A stretch of DNA of 64,000 bases from Kondoa subrosea (lineage: Eukaryota). The notes beneath the pieces are model-generated. The model was given only the letters and a program-made list of their open reading frames with translations. It was not told the origin of the DNA and ran no database searches. The DNA is taken from assembly GCA_039545335.1 (NCBI GenBank), contig BCIN01000006.1, positions 372,001 through 436,000 of the forward strand, written 5' to 3'. This document shows positions 28,154-39,551 of the stretch, piece by piece; position 1 is the stretch's first letter, and every line of letters starts with the position of its first letter. Both the position numbers and the translations under genes were made by a program.

Positions 28154-30661
28154 TCATATCGTCTTGAAGCGAGGCAGCTGCTTCTTTGCGTGCTTTCGCA
28201 ATTCATAGCTCGAGACTTCATCTTCGCCTTCGGGCAGAAGACCTTCGAATGCTTCCTTCGGCAGAACAATAGCTCTGTCCAGCGCGTATGGTAGACCTCT
28301 ATGTCGTCCACGATACCTAGAGACGTACTCGTCAGCAACTTATGGGGCTAAACAAGCTACGAGCATACATCATTGCGCAAACGACCAGTTTACCAAAGAT
28401 GCCAAAATCTCCACAAAGACTTGTATCGGTCGACATTGTGCCTAGACTGAGTCCCACGTTTGCATAGCCTGTTGTGCTAATTCAACAACGTCAAAGACAT
28501 CGGTTGCGAGTCTTCCTTACCTGAGACAACTTCGAAGAAGATAGCAAAGACCGTGAAAGCTGTTTCTTCTGGGTCGGCCAATCTTTTTGATTCTGCTACA
28601 CAGATGCAGAAGATTCCAATGAAGATGTACCTAATTAGACCATCAGCTTTATGTAGATTGGTATGGATCTTGACTTACCATAAATCAAAGCTCAATTGGT
28701 TCCTCATATGGTTGAGTAAATATGTCCGAGGGTTTTGATCATCTTCCGGATCAGCATGTATTTCATATTTCCCCAAAGCTCTTTCTTCATAGGTGTTGGA
28801 AGCTCGGATTGCGACGCAAATGGGATAAACTGGCAAATAGATGAGCATCAAAGAAGATGGCACAGATAATGGCCATACCAGAGATGTACATCATGACCAA
28901 CAGACTGAATTGTACAGCAGGATTGACAGCTGCGAGAAGAAAAGTTGCAGTGCCAGTATGTCTGCTCGAAGCGGCTTGAAAAAGAGCAGCAAGGACTCTT
29001 GGTCCAGGCGAGAGCACGTTGACAGCTGGATTATCGAGATCCAAGACGACAATAAGCAAAGTGTCGATAAAGTTCAGTGCGAAGAGAATGCCGAAAAGGA
29101 TCCAAGTGACTCGACCGGGAAAGAGCAAGGTATAGCATCGACGAGGATGATCAAGGAGAAAGCGAAGAGGTTCTTGCATTGAGCTCTTCTTGGGCGTCAG
29201 TTTGTGAACAATCCAGATTGACAAACGAAGTAGGATAGGATAGCAAGTGTTGCCAGCGAAAGCCAAGAACGTCGTGACCAACATCACCCAAGTCGAATCG
29301 CGAAAATCGATCATCGAAGTTGGAACCAGAGTGAAGCCGAGGTTGCTGATCATGGTCTGAGAGGTATAAAATGCCCTACAGCAAAGCAACAACCTTGAAT
29401 ATAGACAAGGGTATTGATACGAAACACATACCACCAGATTCTATTCTGATCCTGCTCAGCCAGCACCTCTCGATACTTGGCCGAAGCATTAGCAGCCCAA
29501 GGGGCCAGACACAAGGCGCCGAAAAGATGAAGGCCAAAAAAGTAACCTAAGCATAAAGATGAGCTGGAGTTTCAGCTCGCGAACCGCACTTACCGATAAT
29601 GAACTTCAGTAACAACTTCAAGCTGCGATATTCTACACCACCCAGTTTCTCTTTATCCTCTGTCGTCAGACCACGAAAATTCGAGTTGCGCTCTGCTATG
29701 ACAGTGTCCGAGAAGAAGGAAGGTACAGATCTTGCTGACGGTGTAGGACCTAGACCGCCAAAAGAGACCGTTCGAGTCGGCTCAATCTTCAAACGTAGGC
29801 GCTCGCGTTGACGATCAGGCGTATCTCCAAGTACAAACATATCAGAAGCGATCCTTTTCAAAGCTTGAGCTCTGGGTCGACTGCGGAGAGCACCTATGTC
29901 TTCCGAAGCGACGCTGATATGGTCTATTAAGTTTTTTAAGTCCATAAGGACGCATGACACATTATGGCTATAAAGAGCTTGCCTTCATCCTCACCATGCT
30001 CACTCTTCCCTTTGTGTTTTGCGACTTCTTCTGGGATAGGCTTCAAGGCAATACCCTCAGTCGGCCTTTCTAAGGTAGTCTCTTCAACCAGTGTAAGATT
30101 GGACGATTCAGATGTGAAGGTGTTGCCGGCAGAGATAGCAGATGGGCGACCGCTCTTCTCCTTGTCTGAAGTCGCATTCTTGTGTCTATGTAAGGCAGGT
30201 CCTGTGTTCAACGTGAGCTGAGCACAAGAACAAGACAGGAATACTAACCCAGCTTTTTCAAATGTTTCTCGAACCATAGTAACCTGACGATGACAACAGC
30301 TATGTTGACGAAGCCTAGGTTGGTTATGATAGGGAAGAAGTAGATGACCAGTTGTTGCCAAACATGCAAGACCTTGACGTCAACCCTGATAATATATACA
30401 TTTCATTCAGATCCATGACCCAAGGAAGATTTCTATCTGAAACTCACGTGTTGAGACCAGATTCGGTGCATCCACTCATGGCAAAGAAAAAGGCATCAAC
30501 GCCTGCAATGTTTCGACCTCCCAAGAGGATCAGGAATGCTAGGATCGAGCATCCCAGTATATACAGATCTGCGCTAAATGTCAAGTTTGATATGTTCTGT
30601 CCAGTTTGATAACTCAACAATGGATTGAGATGAAGCTCAGTGAGATCGATGGCTTCCACAT
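28154..30661 (-). CDS. Trk/HKT-family K+ (cation) transporter, compact form
   Basis: Four pore loops TESGLNT, SNLGFTL, SRHTGT, YANVGLSLG; also LGGVEYRSLKLL, LAFAGNTCYP, GRHRGLPYALDRAI. Confidence 0.92.
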
Positions 30662-30970
30662 GTTGCCTTGGAAAAGCTTGCGCCCAACGTGGTGTATGTG
30701 TGTATTGTCTACCCAAAGAGATAACTCTGCTTGATGCTGTCGCTCGTAGAGAAATAGAGCACGTCGCACAGCAGAGAGGGTGAAAGGCTATGAAGGGAAA
30801 AGGAATTAGGGGATTTACGCTAGTCTTGGCATATCGGATTGATAGCTGAGCCGGACCGATGGGCTATTTGCGTACAATTGATCGTAGGAGAGAGGTAGCC
30901 TAGCACAGATAGCCTTGAATCAGTGACAGGGACAGAGCAGCAGTGAGTGACAACTTGACAAGGCTTTGAG

Positions 30971-30984
30971 CGCGTATTACGTAA
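30971..30984. promoter_or_regulatory. CGCGTATTACGTAA motif in the divergent Trk / hypothetical-gene promoter
   Basis: Same composite motif as at 18819, in an intergenic region. Confidence 0.35.
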
Positions 30985-31250
30985 GCAGATTACAAACAAG
31001 GATTGTAATTGAAGAGGTGGAATTGGCGACTATGGTGCAGGGCTATGAGGATACTGTTGAGCTGCACAACCGGGCCATCTCAAGTTCAGAGCCAATTTAG
31101 AATTCCTCGTATCTGGTCAAAACACAATATCACGGCTTGCGGCCAACGAGACTACTACGAGACTCTCCAACTGGATTATCGCGTGAAGCTCATCCAGGTA
31201 TAACCCTCGCCATCATCAGGGTCTTGAGATCTTCCCACTTTGGCTGCTTT

Positions 31251-32689
31251 ATGCCCATGGCTACTCCTCAAGTTGTAACAGAGCTTCAACACGGTGCTAT
31301 AGCGCTGGCCTACCAATTGCCTCGCACTGGTGAACCTGGTTATACTGGCAAAGGCAATTGGACAGATCAACCATTCTATAACCTGAAGTGGCACACTACT
31401 GAAAGCCGCGGGGTGCAAACTCACTATATAACAGCCTACGCACCGAGTGTCGAAGATCTCTACCTACGTTTTGAATTTCGATGGAAGCCTCATGGGAAGC
31501 TCTTCCACTGCTGGAATGCACCACGGGCTGAAGTACTCAAAATGTACATTGATAATCTGGAGCAACCTCTCACGCATTGCGAAATATTGCAAAAAGCTCA
31601 GAATCCAATCTCTTTCGGACGCATCTTCACTAAAGGTATTGATCAGACTGTTCTCTTACGCTTTGGATCAAGACAATCGCAATCACACGCGCTCAAGGAT
31701 GTGTTGAAGCTATCCAGCTTGTCGGCAGACGATGTAGACCAGTTCTCGAGCATCAGGTCCGCATTTCATGATTGCACCTTCTCTCCTGAAGGAGAAAGGG
31801 TACCAAGACCAGAGGAAACTGGCTTCGATGATCAAGAAGCTTTGAAGCGCCATCGAGGCCAACATCCAAGACTGTCACACTACATCAAAACGTGTGAACC
31901 TGTACCTACTACTCCAGCTGATTTTGATGGTTGGCCAATGGATGATTGTTGGGTACCGAACTGGGTCGATGAGAATCCAAGGGTGGTATTTGAGATTCGC
32001 TATAAAAGTAAAGGTGAGCTCACTTCAGGCAGCAACAGAGACGATGACTGAACTTTGCTGCAGATCTTCTGGACGACCTTGGCTTTCAGTTGCAAAAACC
32101 GCAAGCTAATTATAAGAGGAAATTACCAGACGAAAATCTACCGTCAGACTGCAGGCGGTCCTCGAGAGGCAAATTCGTAGATAGTGACAGAACTCTTACG
32201 CCAGACTCTGACGAAGAAGACTCTGAAGAACCTGCTCCAAGGCCTCCGAAACCCGGTAAAGCGAAAATGAGCAGGGTTGGCAAAATAGCTGCTGCTTCGT
32301 CTTCGACAGTGAAGCGCAAATCACCGCCATCGAAAGCTAGTCAATCATCCCGTACTTCTTCTACATCAGCTTCTTCTTCTTCCCGGCCGCCAACATCAGA
32401 TTTCGCATCTTCTGCCAATGCTGCAGCATCCAGCAATGGCAATCAAACATCGAGAACACAGGTCGAGCCAGAAACACTCAAACCAGTCGACTCATTCGCC
32501 AAAGAAGCAGGAATACAAACGGAACAGAATGTAAAAGCTTTACTTCAAGCTGGATTTGAGGAGAGGAAGATATTTCTGCAAGCGTTAAAGTCGAGCGAGA
32601 GCGATCTGCTATGGAAGGAGTTGAGGACCTGCGGTATGGCTTTACCTGCTTGGTTGGTGTTGAAGGAATATGTGAAGAAGACGAAGTAA
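31251..32689 (+). CDS. Hypothetical fungal protein: DUF7918-like beta domain, Ser-rich linker, small helical C-terminal domain
   Basis: Two ORFs joined by a GTGAGC...CAG intron; motif P.VVFEIRYKSK.LL.DLG resembles the F.FRYRS...L...G end of DUF7918-type domains. The family call is from memory. Confidence 0.5.
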
Positions 32690-32854
32690 ATCTTTGGGGC
32701 TGGAGCTCAGACATGCACTCGCACGTCATTAGTAGAATACTCTTGCTCTTGATGTACTATCCGATCGGTAATATACTTTGGTGTACTTGTAATGTATTTC
32801 ATGCCATAACTTCGCTTCATTTGCTATTCCGCATCCAAACAGAGACTACGTCGT

Positions 32855-34124
32855 CTAGTTTCCAATTTCCTTCTTCATGAATGCCTCAAACTCGTCTTTA
32901 TAATCAGGATGCCATCTACAGCAGCGTCAGCCTAGCTTTGATAAGCAGTAATAAGAATGACCTTGAAAGAGCCGGCCTCTTTTCAGCCGCATCGGTAGCT
33001 GACCATTTCATGCGAGCGACATCCATAGCTTCTGTAGTTTCATTATCGGGACTTATGATTGTCCATCAGCAAAGTACATCTGTATGTAGTCTAAATAGCG
33101 TACCAAATGATGTAGAACTCTTTTTTCTCCAATTTCTCCAGTCTAGGAAACACGATTTAGATTAGCATATCGACTCTCAGGCAAAGGACCTACAGATAGT
33201 CAACAGTCTGATCAGGCGTCCATGCACCGTCGGGCTTTTTAACGCTGTCTACATCGCCACCTTTCGTCGTGAGTTTCGAAAAGACCCAGCCTGGTACTAA
33301 GAGCGAGACAGAAATCTTGTCTGTCTTTTGTCGAACCTCATGCGCCAGAGCTTCGGTGTAAGTCTTGACTGCTGCTTTCGAGACATTGTACGCTGGACCT
33401 GTTCCAATGTATTGAGAAGAGAAGATATTGGAGCAAGAGGTGGTCTTACCTGATCCCGGAGGCGCTGTGATGCCTTGCTTAGAGCCTGTGATGATGATTG
33501 CACCATCTGTGGTTCTTTCATCTATCATTCGACTAGCGACCGCTTGTCCACCATTGAGTATCTAATGCCAAAGTCAAAGGCTTCACCCGCACGAGAAATG
33601 GACCTTACACCAAAGAAGTTGACACCGAGGATCTTGTCCCATGCATCTAAGTCACCGGTACAGCTGGAAGGTCCTCCGACACCAGCATTAAGATGCAATA
33701 CATCGATTCGATCAAACTTCTTGTATACTTCATCTGCCAGAGCTTTCATTTGGTCCAATTGCGAAACATCTATCCTCTCATCAGAACACATCTGCTCCTT
33801 CTAATAAAATGACATACCAGTCTTGTGAATGAGAATATCTTTCGAATCGACTTTAGAATCCAGCAAGACTTTCTCTGCTTTCTTTAGATTGGCTTCATCC
33901 ATGTCGGCCAAAGCTACGCGCATAGAGTATTTGGTTGCCAAACGCTTTGCGAAAGCGAATCCAATTCCTCCGTACGCGGAACCTGCCTTGAAAGGTCAAT
34001 GACTTTCGTCATGCAATTTTACTCCGGAATGGACCTGTGACTGTCCAAAAGCATTAGAATATGGATATGCAGTATCTGCAAACTTACTGAGAGCGACATT
34101 GCCTGCTTTGATAGCTGGATGCAT
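32855..34124 (-). CDS. Short-chain dehydrogenase/reductase
   Basis: Spliced VALITGSAYGGIG Rossmann motif, LNAG, ITGSKQGIT, catalytic YNVSK, LVPGW; ends RWHPDYKDEF...GN*. Confidence 0.9.
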
Positions 34125-34300
34125 CGTTGTATCTGGACAAACATCATTACGTAATCTTAGATCGTTTTGATCTGTGGAGAAGATAGCTGAAGTTAAGCAG
34201 AAAGCAGCCCAAGTGACAGTGATCATGTATGAACGAATTACAAATTATATTGCACAAAGAAAATGAACACAATTGAATAGCACGACCCAGATTCAGAGAT

Positions 34301-35140
34301 TCAGGCGAGTTGCAATACCCCCAAAGCTACCAACGCCATAGCTACAGCTAATGCAGATGAAAGAGTGGCAGCCACAGAGTCGCGAGTCTGTGAGCATCGT
34401 CATGAGCGTCGTCATGAGCGGAAGATGCAGACAAACAGACCTGATTTATCTGTGCAGCGGCTTGCACGAATGCCTTGTATGTCTGCCCTCTATATCAAAT
34501 AATTAGCTTGTGGGGTATGACTCTCAAAAAGCAATGGCTTACATAAGAGGAGGATTTATCGCCGTCACAAAACCAGCTTCGCAATCCGCTTCATTATTCG
34601 CGAAGATCCAGATGGGATCGACGTCTTGTATCTGAAGGACTCGTGTAGCTGTGGGGATGGAGCCTATCAGAATAGCCTATAAGGCAAACTGAAGCTGAAC
34701 CTACGTAATTCTGTTGCATTACTCGCTATCCTTATGATGTTCGTTTGGAAGCCAAGTTCACCAGTTGTTTCGTTCCTTGACAGTCTATAGAATAGTCAGC
34801 ATTCCATATCAGAATTTATGATTCCTGTACTCACTCGCAGGGTTTCTCGAAAGTGCTTTGAAAGATCTATGACGATTTCGCATCAGACCTAGATCTGGTA
34901 CATAGAGCGAGGAATCCATACTATTGATCGATCTTTCTGGAAGACGAAAAGAATACTATCTCCCATAGAAGCCTTGCGGATAAGCTGATTAGCATTAGCC
35001 CTAAGCGGTTAATTGGAAAAGCGTACTGTCACTTCTTTAGGACTGAAGGCTTTCTCCCCTACATCTATCCTGATCTCTTTCGCTTGAATGAGCAACAGAG
35101 CAGATGCTTGCAGCAAGAGAAGGTAAAGTGATTTCATCAT
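34301..35140 (-). CDS. Secreted, probably GPI-anchored cupredoxin-fold protein lacking copper ligands (absent from ORF track; 7 short exons)
   Basis: Manual splice: MMKSLYLLLLQASALLLIQA-KEIRIDVGEKAFSPKEVT-ASMGDSILFVF...QSTFEKPC...DPIWIFANNEADCEAGFVTAINPP...TYKAF...hydrophobic tail ALAVAMALVALGVLQLA*. Confidence 0.78.
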
Positions 35141-35654
35141 TTCGTTGAGGTATTGGCTAGTAGGACAGTATAGAGATATGGCAGGGTTGCAAAATACGAT
35201 GTTGATCGTGATCGTAGGAGAAGAGAAAGAGCATGAAGGCTCAGCAAGCTAGGCATCTTTTTGAGCGCTATGACCCGAAGATTGGAACAAAAGATGTTGA
35301 GTCTAGGAACACGAATAGAGAAGGGTCGGCTCCAGAGATACGTGCGACATTGGGACGATCTGGTAGCAATACAGCGTAGCAGGCATTCGCGCAGCAGGAG
35401 TTGTGCACGACGTGAACCACTTCGGTCATTTAGCGTGGTCCATTCTGGGCCGAAGGTACAGTCATGCCAGTCTAAGGAAGACCGAAAAAGCCAGTGCTGA
35501 TAGTACAGAGTAGTGCGGACACGGCAGACTCGTGACAAGGTGTTGCTCTGACAATTTCATCGGTTTAATCCTGCCACGAGCGCGTCTGATACCTTTGCAA
35601 GCTGGAGCATACCTATAGCAGCTGTAATATCAGCTGCATGATAACCCTCGCAAT

Positions 35655-38600
35655 ATGAATGCATTGCGCAACTTTGTCGCAGACCTGGACACTGTCACTT
35701 CTCCTCCTTCCCCTTCCCTCTCCCGAGCAGAGTCTCCTCTAGGCCTATCCGCATCTACCAGTGGACCAGAAGCAACCAGGCCTAACATTCATAGAAGATC
35801 AACCAGTCTCACAGGCGAATTGGCAGAGAATGCTTTCTCGACTCTACGCAAAGGTTTCCAAAAGGGTGCTTCTCATGTCAGCAGAGCAAGTAAAGGGAGT
35901 ATAGACCTACTCATGTCCCCTTCTTCGCCTATTCACGAACTTCTGAACTCGCCCTTTCATAATCCTACAATGAATGCTTATATGGGACCACAACAACTCT
36001 ATGCTCCTGCTCCATATAAAGAGCCTCCAATACGTGAACCTGCTCCTCAGCGATTAGAAGCTTTCTCGTTGGGCGATGAAAGTCGCAGCGCGACCCCAGC
36101 GAGAAGTAACACTCCTGCTTTGGGTTTGGATATCCCTTATCACGAAGAAGAAGACTTGACCAGAGTACAATACGCAATATTACCACCTGAGACACCTAAT
36201 CTTGAGAAGGTAGATCTCCCATCGCCTTCAATACCATGCAATATTCCTTTACCAGAAGAAGAAACTTTCATCTCTTCCGAACCATTAATAGTACCGAAAA
36301 CACCTGAAATAGAAGCACCTCAAGATTCCATTTATCTCTCGCAAGAAGATGAAAAGGAGTTACAAAGATTAACGGATTCACCTCAACATTCTGCTTTTGG
36401 TTTCACTCCGACTTCATCAGAACAAGTGGACGCACTATATAAAGCAGTTCAAGAAGCAGCTCGCGCTGCCCATCATCATCCCAAACCACCTAGCGCAGGT
36501 CAATTAGCCTCTAGAAGACCTTCTTTAGCTATCGAGATTCCTGGTACACCTTCTTTCAGTTTCGAAAATGATAATGGAGAAGAAGAGGTGGAAGAACAGG
36601 CTGGAGCTCCTTTAGGTCATATGCCCTCTACTATCTCTGAAGCACCTTCAGCTATGGAAAGAGCGCAACCCGTCACTGAACCAATATCAGATTCGCGCAA
36701 TCTTGATGTAGCTGAGGAAGCGGAAGATTCGTCTTCGACAGATGCGCAAGTTGGACCATCATCGCAAGTGGCGTCTACTTTGGTAGAGGATCCAGCACTG
36801 CCAGCAGAAGCGCCAACGGATAAACTAGCTATACCCGATGATTCGACTGCAGCAATTGAAGCTGCAAGTACAGTATCTGCCCAAGTGGAGACATCAGAAC
36901 CTGCGCAAGCAGAAGCAGAAACTGAGGAGATCACCAATGGGCAACCGAGATCAGAATCGATATCAAAAGCAAATGATACAGCTCCGCAGCCATCGCAGAC
37001 TGAAGCAGTGCTATCCAGCCTATCGAGCGAGAACGAATCGAAGGAGGCACCTTTAGCTGATTCCCAGCCAGCATTGACGATACCAAGTAAGGCGGAAGCT
37101 ACTCTTCCCCCTAGCGACCCTCTGTCGTCGCAGCCTCACACTAACAACCAGCTTCAAACCAATGACCAAGCTCATCCAGCACCTGACAACCCTCCTTCCG
37201 TCACTTCAACGAATGTTGTAGCATCTCAGCCCGATACCGTAGTTCCTCCTCCAGTTTCGAATCCACCTACTGCTCAATCCACCTCTTCGCCGGCAGCTAA
37301 GCCAGTCAAGTTATCTCTTTCTGAGAGATTGGCCCAGATTGCGCAGAGCAAAGTTCGCTCTGCGACGACTTCCCAAACTCAGCCGAGTGCCGAGAAACCA
37401 GCTGCAAAACCTAAAGTCGAAACCCTGCCTCCTATAGCAGCGAACACTAGTCTTCCACCTCCGCCCATAAGTGCTTCACCTGAAGTCGTCGGCACCTTAG
37501 CTGAAGCTCATACAATATCTCAAGCTTCCTCCAATCTTTCAGCGATCAATGGTCTTTTCGCCCAATATACGAATCTTACAAGCGGTCTAGATGATTTAAA
37601 GGCTCTTGAGAACTTCTTACTCACTACAAGTCATCAAACGCAGCAATTAGAGCTTCTTCGCGGGCAGCTAGAGCGTGAGTTTGCAACCTTTCGAAGTTCT
37701 GAAGCCCTTATCTGAGTGGATCTAACAGAGCAAAAAGAGCGAACGAGCGAGATACGGGATTCGCATAGACTTGAAGTCTCTTCCCTCTCTACCGAACTCG
37801 ATACTTTACGGAAACAAGTTTCGAACCATTCTACCGAGATCAGCAAAGCCAATGCTACAGTCAAAGAAGAAGAAGAGAAACGAGCGAAATCGATTTCTCT
37901 GTTGAAAGCTCTAAGGCAAAAATTGATGAAGGCTGAAAGCACTAGAGAAGAAGCTGAGAAAATCGCTGAAAGGGAAAAGAGTGCTCTTGTGACTGAAAGA
38001 ACTAAGTGGGAAGGAGAAGTTCTGGCTGTCAAGACGGACAAAGAGAATCAACTCAATCGACTTCGAGCTGGTTACGAGAGAGAAGTCAATTCCGTTCGAG
38101 CGCAATACGAAAGAGAAGCTCAAAGCAAGAAGGCTCAAGTGGAACTGGAAGCTGTCACGATGAAAGCTGCTCAGGCGAGGGAGTTGAGTCAAAAGGATGC
38201 TCGAGTCAAAGAAATGGAAGCTCGAGTTGCTCAACTGGAGAAAGAGCATGATTCGGTCTTTGGTGCTAATCAGACAACATCGGCTGAACTTGAAGCTATT
38301 CGAGAAGTCAATGCTAGCCTGGAAGCGAAATTATCTGAACGTGATCTCGAATTGCAAGAAGCTCATCACCGAGAAGAGGCGGCTCAAGACCAACTTCGTG
38401 CTTCTGCTCGAGTCACTTCATCCGAAGAGACCTCTCCTTCAGTATCCAGAGCGCTTTACGAAGCTGAAGCTCGACATGCAGCTAAAGTAGCTGGACTCGA
38501 AGCCAAGATCAAGAAGCTCGAGAAAGAACGAGGCGAAACGGACGAAGAAATGAGTCGAAATATGGAACAGCGACTCAATGAGGTCGAACGAATGCGTCGA

Positions 38601-39418
38601 GAAATAGCTCGCAGGGATTCTGAGTTTGAGAAGCATCAACGGAATGCCGATGAAAGACAACGCAAAGCTGAGGCCATTGAGACCAAAGTCCAAGAGCTGG
38701 AAGATCGGGCAAAGGGCTTGGAAGGTCTTCTGGATATGTCCAGAGACGAGACCACGCGGGCTACAGATCGCTTAGTGAGGTCTTGAAAAAGATTGCGAGG
38801 TCTTACTAATTGATCGAGCAGGAGTCTGTTCGAGAAGAGATGCATGACCGCGACGTGCGTATCACAGAACTCGAGGGTCGTCTCGAGGAAATGTTGCAGC
38901 GCGAAAATCAGCTCCGAGTTAACAACAAGGTCAGTCTGGAATGTCTTTCATCTGCCTTGTGCATACTGACAAGGTATTCAGACCATGAGAGATGAGCTGC
39001 GCAAAGTCCAATCTGGCATCCTGTTATCTGAAAAATCTCGCGGACCTGGAGTTGGATATTTCAGCAATTTCGCTTCATCTTCTGCAAATTTGCATAGCAA
39101 TAATACCACCGCGCCCTCATCTCCTCAGCCTCAGCCAGTCTCGGCGCCAGTGGAACCTTCGCCGCGAGACTCAACAAGTAGTTTAGTTAGTTCGAACGAG
39201 ACCAAGGCTGAAGAAGCTATCAACTTCGAATATATACGCAATGTTATATTACAATTCTTGGAGCACAAGGAAATGAGAGTCAGTCTTCTTTCTTAATGAT
39301 CATCATGTGAAGGTCTCTGACGTTCATAAAATAGCCGCATTTGGTTGGAGTTTTGGGTGTGATTCTACATTTCACACCTCAAGAAACAAGGCGACTAACA
39401 AGTAAAGCTGGCGCATAG
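35655..39418 (+). CDS. GRIP-domain golgin (Imh1-like coiled-coil tether)
   Basis: Long disordered N-terminus, extended coiled coil, C-terminal GRIP: INFEYIRNVILQFLE...HLVGVLGVILHFTPQE. Confidence 0.88.
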
Positions 39419-39551
39419 CAAGATATCACCTGTAGATAGAAATCTAGTCGTGTATCGCAGGTCAATTGTATTTAGCATATGAAGTTGCATCAAGCATGTC
39501 TAAGTTATCCACAAGTTCCTAGAATTACAACCCACATTAATACAGTGCGAC

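Noticed and set aside
35137..35538. 133-aa and 79-aa ORFs between the cupredoxin-like gene and the golgin
   Set aside because: No motifs or coherent splice model; this is most likely the shared promoter/UTR region.
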